Source of the DNA: Octopus sinensis
Taxonomy: Eukaryota
DNA length: 64,000 nt
NCBI RefSeq assembly: GCF_006345805.1
Contig: NC_043000.1
Location: forward strand, 92,628,001 to 92,692,000
Direction: 5' to 3'
Part shown: piece by piece, positions 54,814 to 64,000 of the stretch
Position numbering within the stretch: position 1 is the stretch's first letter
How the letters are laid out: the number at the start of each line of letters is the position of its first letter
Translations under genes and position numbers: made by a program
Notes under the pieces: model-generated
The model's database searches: none
What the model was told of the DNA's origin: nothing
The model's input: only the letters and a program-made list of their open reading frames with translations

Positions 54814-56258
54814 CGATGATGATGATGATGACAACGACGACTATGATGGCGATGATGATGACGATGATGATGACGATGATGACAGTGACAAGGATGATGA
54901 AAAGAGGAGGAGCAGGAGAAGGAGGAGGAGAAGAAGAAGAAGAAGAAGAAGAAGAAGAAGAAGAAGAAGAAGAAGAAGAAGAAGAAGAAGAAGAAGAAGA
55001 AATACTTTTGAATGCACTGTATTTTATTTGGATTTATTCACTTTATCTCTCATTTTGTTTACCCACATTCCATTGACCATGAGTACCTTTAGCGTAGCCC
55101 TGCCTTCTGTCCTGCAATATCTGGGTGCATTGCTTTACACTGCATTTACCAACAAAACCTGGTTTCTGCCTGTCTTTCTCCCATTAGCCTCAGTAGTTTT
55201 GCTAGAGGTTTATCACAACAGCCTTTCTTCTCTTGACAAGGCTATCAACATATTCTGTAAGCATGCTTTCATCACAGAAAGACAGAGGGATAGAGAGAGG
55301 GAGAAAGATAGAAAGAGAAGAGGGATTGAGATACGGAGAAGGAGAAGAGGACTGAGAGAGCGAGAGATGTGAAACAGAGTTGGAGGATATGAATAAGGAA
55401 AGCAGCGATAAAAATTAAGTATTCTGCACCAATATTGCCCTGGAATGCTAACTGCTGCAGCAATTATAAATTATTCTTGATGTAAATGTTAAGCAAACCG
55501 TAATGGAATTATGATGTGCAAATATTTAGCATTTAACATTACAGAGATGTTTTATTACATGTTTGTATGGAGTTATAAGGAAAGTGTTTGTTTTGAAAAT
55601 ATTCTGTTGTCTGTTCTGTAGTTTACAGGTGCAGCTGAGTGGTAAGAAGTTTGCTTTCCGACCACATGCTTTCTAATGCAGTTGCACGGCATCACACCTT
55701 TGGCAAGTTTTTTTTTTTATAGTCCCAGGCTGATCAAAGCCTTATGTGTGGATTTGGTAAACAGAAACTGAAAAAAAAACCTGTTGTGTGTATATGTGTG
55801 CGTGTGTGCATGTGTGTATGTATATGTGTGAGTATGTGTGTTTGTATGTTTTTGTCTTGACATGGTGTGTTGGTTGTAAATGAGTGTCACTGTCTTACAA
55901 GCAGTGTCACTTATTTCCAATATTCTGTGAGAACATGCCAGGCCATGGAGGAATATTACTTTCCTTTGAAAGAAAGGTGAGGATGGTGACAGGAAGGGAC
56001 TCTGGCCATAGGAAATCTTCAAATAAACTCTGTCAGGCCCATGCCAACATGGAAAGTGGACATTACATGATGATGATGAGGATGAGGATGATGATGGGGA
56101 TGCAGATGATGATTATAACTATGATGATGACAATGATGATGATGATATTCAGGAGATAAAATTAAGAAAATATGATCAGGCGTGGCTGTGTAGTAAGAAA
56201 CTTGCTTCCCAACCACATGGTTCTGGGTTCAGTCCCACTGCGTGGTACCTTGGGCAAG

Positions 56259-56491
56259 AAGGCAGCGAGCTGCCAGAAACGTTAGCACACCGGGTGAAAT
56301 GCTTAGCAGTATTTCGTCTGATGTTATGTTCTGAGTTCAAATTCCGCCAAGGGTGACTTTGCCTTTCATCCTTTCGGAGTCGATAAATTAAGTATCAGTT
56401 ATGCATTGGGGTCGATATAATCGACTTAATCTGCTTGTCTGTCCTTGTTTGTCCTCTCTGTATTTAGCCCCTTGTGGGTAGTAAAGAAATA
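56259..56491 (+). mobile_element. SINE family A copy inserted inside a family B SINE
   Basis: Flanked by ggtaccttgggcaag (56244-56258) and ggtaccttgggaaag (56492-56506); family B sequence continues on both sides. Confidence 0.85.
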
Positions 56492-56636
56492 GGTACCTTG
56501 GGAAAGTGTCTTCTACTATAGCCTCTGACCAATCCTCTCTCTCTCCCTTCTTTCTCTTTTACTCTCTCTCATTGCTCTCACGTGACCATCGTCCATCTTT
56601 CTTTTCCTGTACAGACGTTCAAAAGACTGGATGTTT

Positions 56637-56671
<35 letters not shown>

Positions 56672-58622
56672 ATCTTTTCTCTTTTTATAGAAAATATTTA
56701 ATGACTGAAAAAATAAGTACCAGATTTTAAAAGACATGTACAGGGTTGATTTGTTCAACTAAAACTTTTCAACATGGTGCCCCAGCATGGCCACATTAAA
56801 ATGACTCAAACAAGTAAAATATAAAATATAAATACTTAATTTTATTCTTTTTCGAGTTGTGAATGCCTGCAAGCATTTATATGCATACATGAAAAAATAA
56901 CTTTCGTTTTAAAATAAATTAAGCTCCACATATTGTCACAGATATTTGAAAGCAACTAATTTCAAGTGTAATGATTATTAAAATTAATTATTCAAAGTTA
57001 TGCAATATTTAAAATGCTGTAAAAAGTTAGAAATATAAATTTGTAATTAAAAAGTATCTGTGATAAATTACATATGGAAATGTAAACATTTTCAATTCAT
57101 GCAATAGTATTTATATATATATATATGTGCTTGTGTTAATTCTCAGTTCTTTCACTACTTTCAGTTGTTGGACCATGGCCATGCTGCAGCACTAACTTCA
57201 AATGTTTTATTTGATCATATTCACCCCAGTATCTATTCTTAGTGAAGGCACATGGCTCAGCAGTTAGAGTGTTAGGCTCACAATCATGGTGTAGTGAGTT
57301 TGATTCCCGGACCGAGCTGTGTTCTTGAGCAAGACATTATATTTCATGTTGCTCCACTTCACTCAGCTCTAGAAACGAATTGCAGCATCAATAATGGTTC
57401 CAAGCTGTATCAGCATTTGCCCTTTCCTTGGACAACATAGGTGGTGTAAAGAGAGAGGACTATATGCATGTGTGACTGCTGGTCAACCACGAACAACCTT
57501 GCAGGTACTTGTGCCTCAGATTAGAACTTTCCAAGTACAACATCATGGTCTTTCATGACCAAAAGTGGGTTTTAGCCCATTTACCCAAGTAGAATCAAAG
57601 AAATTTGGCTTCTAATTATGGAGTGGTTTCCTGTTTATGTCCCCTTAACTCAGCAGTTCAGCAAAAGAGACTAACAAAATAAGTACTAAGCTTAATAGCA
57701 TAAATAAATATTGCAGTGGATTTGCTCAAAGAAAGGCTGCAGTCTAATGAATGAAACAAGTAAAAAATAAAGCACGAAGAAGAAAGAAAAAGAGAGAGGT
57801 GGGTATATTTCATGTGAGTGCTCGTGGTTGTATATGTGAGTACAGCCGTCTATATTTCTGTGTATTCATGTATGTTGTGTGTATAATTGTATTCATACAT
57901 GTTACTTTGTGTATTGAGTATGTGATTAATGCATGTCTGTGATTATATCAATTTTCTGTAAGTTTGTATGTGTAAATGTATGTCTTTGTGAATTAATTTG
58001 CTTTTATTTATGTATATTTATCTGTATTTGTCTATCTATCTATCTATCTCTCTCTCTATCTATCTATCTCTATCTATCTCTATCTATCTATCTATATCTA
58101 TCTATATCTATCTATATATATATATATCTATCTATATCTATCTATCTATATCTATCTATCTATATCTATCTATCTATATCTATCTATCTATCTGTCTGTC
58201 TGTCTGTCTGTATGTATGTCTGTCTGTCTGTATGTCTGTCTGTCTGTATGTCTGTCTGTCTGTCTGTTTGTCTGTCTGCCTGTCTGTCTGTGTGTACATA
58301 GTGTGTGGTGAATAAACTGTTGGCTAAATTATGTAAAATTGGAAATAACACTGACATCCCATTTTAACAGACATATTTACTAAAACTACACGAAAAGATG
58401 CTAATAATAATAATCCTTTCTAATATAGACACAGGACCTGAAATTTTGGGGAAGTGAATAGTTGATTACATCAACCCCAGTGTTTCCCTACTTAGTTTAT
58501 CGACCCCAAATGGATGAAAGGCAAAGTCAACCTCAGCAGAATTTTAACTCAGAACGTAAAGACGGACAAGATACTGTGAAGCATTTCACCTGGAGTGTTA
58601 ATGATTCCGTCAGCTTGCCACC

Positions 58623-58655
<33 letters not shown>

Positions 58656-58930
58656 GCTCAGATACTCCAAAATGGCAGAAATTCAAAAGATAGTGCTCAT
58701 GGGAACTACCCATATCCTACATAAAATACTGTCTATGTAATCTCAAATTTTAAAACAAACACATAATTTTCTTATGGTTTCTTAAACATTCTCTAGAATA
58801 ACACTATGTACAAAACCAAATATATGGCCCTCTAGGCATAACACCAACATGAACTTCTAACTTCATGTCTCTTGAGGTCTCTGGGTGAGACTTGGAGTCA
58901 ACTTGTACAAATGCAAAGCGAAAGTCAAAC

Positions 58931-58932
<2 letters not shown>
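58656..58932 (+). mobile_element. 3' end of a different R4/Dong-like LINE lineage
   Basis: Translates PKMAEIQKIVLMGTTHILHKILSM*, matching the C-terminus of the 59-61 kb element; distinct 3'UTR; (TAA)n on both sides. Confidence 0.8.
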
Positions 58933-58970
<38 letters not shown>

Positions 58971-59020
58971 CATCGCTCCCATGCGCACACGGTAAGCTAG
59001 TTCAGCTGCTCAATGGAATT

Positions 59021-59830
59021 ATGAGAGACCCAAAGAAAACACCTGAATGGTTAGCAAGTGGCATTACTTACCTACTCCCAAAGAATAACGAAACCAACCT
59101 TCCAAAAAACTATCGGCCTATAACCTGTCTATCCACCACGTATAAAATCCTAACATCTATCCTGGCGGAGAAAACATATGCATTCATGGAGAAAAACGAT
59201 ATTTTCCCCATTGAACAAAAAGGGTGCCGCCGAGGCTCTTACGGATGCAAAGATCAACTGCTAATCAATCGTATGATCCTTGAGAACTGTCACAACAAGC
59301 GCAGAAATCTCAGCACCGCATGGATTGACTACAAAAAGGCCTTCGACAGTATACCGCATCCATGGATCTTGAGATCGCTGGATATCTTCAAAATTTCCCC
59401 TGTGATTTCAAACTTCCTGAAGCACAATATGTCGTTGTGGAATACGAATCTCCAATTATACCACTCTAATGGAGTACTTGCCTCAGAAAATATAAACATC
59501 AACTGTGGAATTTTTCAAGGTGACTCACTTTCACCTTTAATATTCTGCATAGCCCTAATACCCCTTACAAGTGAATTAAACAGAACAGGGTATGGGTATA
59601 AAATTGCCAATAAAAAAATAAGCCATCTATTTTATATGGATGACTTAAAACTTTATGGTAAAGACAATAATGAACATGAAGGCCTATTGCGCACCGTGAA
59701 AGCATTCAGCGATGACATCGGGATGGAGTTTGGACTTGAGAAGTGTGCCAAGGCCACTTTCCAGAAAGGGAAAGTGAAGACCACAAATTCAGTCATGTTA
59801 GATGTTGACACAGTCGTGTTAGATACTTGA
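59021..59830 (+). pseudogene. Reverse transcriptase domain of the R4/Dong-like element (frameshifted)
   Basis: Canonical non-LTR RT motifs including YMDD; the frame is lost before LEQEQTYKYLG, which continues in another frame. Confidence 0.9.
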
Positions 59831-59888
59831 GCAAGAACAAACATACAAATATTTAGGGATAAATGAAGGCTAAATTCAGCATGCAAGC

Positions 59889-61184
59889 ATGAAAGAGAAA
59901 ATCAGGAAGGAATGTTATAGGAGAGTTCGTGCAGTCCTGAAATCTGAACTAAATGCACGTAACAAGGTGTTAGCTATAAATTCCTTAGCAGTTCCAGTTG
60001 TTACTTATAGCTACAATGTGTTGAACTGGAATATGAGTGAAGTAAAGAATATAGATAGAAAAATACGCAAGCTGCTGAGTTGTAATAGGATGCACCACTC
60101 AAAGGCAGACGTAGATCGCCTTTACCTTCCTAGAGCCCAAGGAGGTCGAGGCCTGATCCAATTTGAACTAGCTTACAAAACAACCACAATTGGACTGGGC
60201 AAATATCTCGAAATATTGAATGACTGGATGCTAAAGCTCGGGGAAAATCACGTGAGACGAAAGAAGCTTCATTCTATCATAAAGGAAAGCAAAAAATTTG
60301 CTATTGATCTCGTGCAGGATACCCAAACTGAACAACCCGAGGGAAGTACGGCAACTATTGTTGCAGAGAAGGTGAAAATGATGGCAATGAAAAAAGCGCA
60401 CGAGCAATTGGCTGATAGGTGGGAGGAGAAACCTCTGCACGGCAAATATGTGACCCGCAGCAAACAAGCTGATGTTGACCAGAAGCAAACCCATCAGTGG
60501 CTACAGAGCTCAGGGCTAAAAGCAGAGAGCGAAGGTTTCATCCTGGCTGCTCAAGATCAAAGCCTATTAACCCGGAACTACCAGACCAATGTGATGAAAA
60601 ATGGAGCAGACCCAAAATGCCGATTCTGCAACGACATGATTGAAACAGTGGACCACCTAATCTCTGGATGTAAAGTCTTAGCACCAGTGGAGTATAAATT
60701 AAGACATGACAGAGTTGGCCAATATCTCCACTGGCTAATAAGTCGGCATTACAATATCAAAACTGCCGACAAGTGGTATAATCACCACCCTGAGGCTGTA
60801 ACTGAAGGAGAAAATGTAACCATTCTGTGGGACTTTCCAGTACATACAGACCGAACCATCAAGGCCAATAAACCAGATATTGTTGTGAAAGACCAAAACA
60901 ATAAAGTTTGCTTATTGATCGACATGAGCATCCCCTGTGATCATAATATCTCAGCGAAAGAGTTTGACAAGCTCAGAAAATATAAAGACCTACTCATTGA
61001 AATTGAGAAAATGTGGCATCTCAAGGCGGTTACAATACCAGTGATCGTAGGAGCACTAGGAATGATCAAGAAGGGAACCGAAAATTATATGAGAATGATC
61101 CCTGGCTTACCATCCCTGCAAGAAGTGCAAATGATTGTCTTAACTGGTACATCACATGTATTGAGAAGAGCATTGTCGATGTGA
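59889..61184 (+). pseudogene. C-terminal zinc knuckle and restriction-like endonuclease of the R4/Dong-like element
   Basis: HQWLQSSGLKAESEGFILAAQDQ, CRFC/HLISGC, RHD, PDIVV, IDMSIP, IPVIVGALG motifs. Confidence 0.9.
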
Positions 61185-61389
61185 GAACTGTTGCTGCTCA
61201 TGTATTTTAATTTAACTTAAAAAAAAAAAAAAAAATGAACGAACTACTGAGTTTGGTTTAATGGCCTACCAATGTATACTATGAGTTTCTTTGCCCTAGG
61301 AGTCGGGAAGACACCTGGCAAGAAATGGAAGCAAATTTGAAAGAAGAAAAAAAAGTAATAATAATAATAATAATAATAATAGTTCCATG

Positions 61390-61563
61390 GAGAACTACTA
61401 CTACCCATGTATTTTAATTTAACTTAAAAAAAAAAAAATGAACGAACTATTGAGTTTAGTTTAATGGCCTACCAATGCATACTATGAGTTTCTTTGCCCT
61501 AGGAGTCGGGATGACACTCGGCAAGAAATGGAAGCAAATTTGAAAGAAGAAGAAAAAAAAAAA
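61390..61563 (+). mobile_element. Second, short 3'UTR-only copy of the same R4/Dong element
   Basis: Near-identical to about 61183-61355; lies directly after the first copy's (TAA)n tail and has its own (TAA)n tail. Confidence 0.85.
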
Positions 61564-61619
61564 ATAAATAAATAATAATAATAATAATAACAACTATAAT
61601 AGTATGATTGAACAAGTGA

Positions 61620-62060
61620 AAGTAATGCATGTGCAGCCCCCTCAGAGAGATGAATGAGAAAGACAAGACCAGCACCTTGAGCTGGTTCAGGGAAAGTGAT
61701 CTGAATGGATGCACTGAGGCATTGATATGCAGAGCTTAGGGGCAAGCTCTGAGAGCCTATTACATCATGTTTCAAATAGATCAGAGTTTTGAATTGCTTC
61801 TTTGTAGGCTGTGTGGCATCAAAAATGTACATAGCTAGGTGTGTTCAATGGAGATTGTGTGAGAAGTACAGTCATGAAAGAACACAGAAATCGTATAGCA
61901 TAAACCAGAAGGTGTCACCAAGAATAACAGGTGTAAAATCTTGCAAGATTTTACAATCTGGTGTTGTTCAGTGATTGATGTTTGGAGACTGGACATGGTT
62001 GTAGTGGCTGAACGGGAGAAGGAAACTAAGGTTATTGATACTGCCATACCTGGGGGATGT
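61620..62060 (+). mobile_element. Old degenerate R4/Dong-like LINE fragment (zinc knuckle/endonuclease region)
   Basis: Broken frames give SWFRESDLNGCTEALICRA*GQALR..CRLCG, WRLCEKY and RLDMVVVAEREKETKVIDTAIPGD. Confidence 0.7.
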
Positions 62061-62444
62061 ACAAGTGGATCAAAAAAGAGCTGTAAATGGATGTGTTGTA
62101 TGTAGAAAGGTTTTGGTTTTATAAAGCTGTTTTCAAATTTTTTGTTAACTGTTTCAAGTAATAGTTCTTAATTAGTAAATAAAATAATTAACTTGCCGGC
62201 AGAGTAAGAATTCTCTGGCTAAGAAGCTGGTATCACACTTCATTGAATCATATCATATTATGTTATATATTAAATGAAGATGATGATGATGGTGATAATG
62301 GTGGTGATGGCAATGACAGCGATGACAACAACGATGAAGATGATGATGATGTTGATGATGATGGTGGTGGTGATGGTGGTGGAGGGGATGATGATGATGA
62401 GGATGAGGATGATGATGATGATGATGATGATAATCATGAATGCA

Positions 62445-62620
62445 GGCAATGAAGAAAGCAACTGTCAAGCTAGTTGCTGTAGGGACATTGGAAGAATTAA
62501 CAACCAGATTTGAGAAATTTGATGGAGAAACTGGGATTGACATGAGGATAGAACATACTCAGAAAACTGATTTATTGGGGGTAGCATGATATTTTATCCC
62601 CAAGAGATCAGTATTTGGCT
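62445..62620 (+). mobile_element. Degenerate R4/Dong-like LINE C-terminal fragment
   Basis: MKKATVKLVAVGTLEELTTRFEKFDGETGIDMRIEHTQKTDLLGVA* parallels the IPVIVGALG...QKIVL.GT C-terminus. Confidence 0.55.
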
Positions 62621-64000
62621 ATTATGTATTGTGGAAGAAGAGTCTGTAAGACTCTTGACAACAGGTTGTTTGATCTTACAGATTTAATTGGACTAAGTGA
62701 AACTGAGAGGTCTGAAATGAAAATGAGAGAACTGATAATCTTTTCTACTCTAGGCACAAGGCCCAAAATTTTTGGGGAGGGGTCCAGTTGATTAGGTCGA
62801 TCTCAGTACACAACTGGTACTTAATTTATCAACCCCAAATGAATGAAAGGCAAAGTCAACCTTGGCGGAATTTGAACTCAGAACGTAAAGACAGATGAAA
62901 TACTGCTAAGCATTTTGCCTGGTGTGCTAACGTTTCTACCAGCTCACTGCCTTAAATGAAAATAATAATAAAAACAACAATACAACAACAGCAGTAATAA
63001 TGATTTATTGCTAATGAAAGACCCTTTATGCGGTTAATTAACCTTCTAAAAATAGTTGGCAAATCTCCCTCAAATTCCTAAACAGTGGCTTAGCATGGGG
63101 TGTGAGTAAGATGTGTGGATTGTACAGCAGGGTCATTTTATACACTTTTGTTTCCTGCAGTTGAAGATATGTCATGTTTAAGGATTGGACTGACTAATTT
63201 AACAACTACATAGGCATAGAGTAGCCAAGACCCATGTTGTACTAATGGGCTGGTACTTTACTAACAGTAGACTTGAGCACTTAAATCACTTAGTCAAAAC
63301 ATGATACCTACAACCAAATCCCACTGAACTGAGCAAGCCTTAACTCAGCTTGTTTTCCTTTATGCAATTATGTGCATATATGTGCACATCACAGTGCGTG
63401 CATGTGCTTTTAAACATTTGTGTTACATGCATATGTAACCAAAACCTATGTATATAGGTTTTGGTTACATATAGCTATTTACAAAGTTTTTGTTAACTGT
63501 TTCAAGAAATAGTTCTTAATTAGTGAATAAAATAATTAACTTGCCAGCACAGTAAGAATTCTCTGGCTAAGAGGCTGGTATCACACTTCATTGAATCACA
63601 TTATATTATATTATATATTAAATGAAGACGATGATGATGGTGATGGCGATGACAGCGATGACAACAACAATGATGAAGATTACGATGGAGGGGTTGTGGT
63701 GGTTGTGGTGGTGGTGGTGGTGGTGGTGATGAGGATGATATACAGGGATGACAATACTTACGAGTTTCAGGAATATTGGTAAGCATTATATAGAGTAATA
63801 ATGACTGAATGAATCTAATTTCTTTCATTCCAACTGCTGCAGTTTTGGGGTAGCATTTCCCTAATAGATTCTACAGATCTATAGATTATATTATAACAAT
63901 GCCAATGCAATGGAACATACTGCCATCAATGAGTTAATCTTAACAAATACATACATGCACACACACACACACATACACGCACACACACGTACACACACAC

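Larger units (their letters stand above)
58971..61355 (+). mobile_element. 5'-truncated R4/Dong-clade non-LTR retrotransposon (RT + CCHC + restriction-like endonuclease), inactivated
   Basis: ORF 59021-59830 has RT motifs NYRPITCL, EQKGCRRG, AWIDYKKAFDSIPH, GIFQGDSLSP, YMDDLKLY, FGLEKCA. ORF 59889-61184 has CRFC..ETVDHLISGC, RHD, KPDIVV..LIDMSIP..KY. Frameshift near 59820 and in-frame TAA near 59870. Flanked on both sides by (TAA)n. Confidence 0.93.

Noticed and set aside
55188-55256. 69-nt symmetric exon candidate on +
   Set aside because: Splice sites are plausible, but it is short, unrecognised and expected by chance at this window size.
59810-59880. Idea that A-to-I editing could rescue the LINE's stop
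   Set aside because: A frameshift is also present, which editing cannot repair.

Overview
AT-rich, repeat-saturated animal genomic DNA with one 100-N assembly gap (6653-6752). The repeat mix (very dense (TA)n/(GATA)n/(TAA)n microsatellites, several tRNA-headed SINE families, mariner and R4/Dong relics) suggests an octopod cephalopod, but that is inference. No intact host gene can be identified, and nearly all ORFs in the six-frame track are microsatellite artefacts. Well supported: two TIR-to-TIR but decayed DD34D mariners (20040-21293, 52204-53453), a maT/DD37D-like relic, several MITEs, RTE fragments, and about eight R4/Dong-clade restriction-like-endonuclease LINE fragments, all on + and mostly tied to (TAA)n. 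The largest (58971-61355) keeps RT, CCHC and endonuclease motifs but has two lesions. The most interesting signal is a small modular element in three copies: tRNA-like head, (TAA)n linker, and a tail carrying a Penelope-type minimal hammerhead-ribozyme core; two copies form a head-to-head inverted dimer at 22.2-22.9 kb. A second hammerhead-like core lies at 7051, and many fold-back palindromes share motifs. A few low-confidence candidate exons are listed, one disrupted by a perfect 46-bp duplication. No CRISPR, rRNA or genuine tRNA gene was seen.
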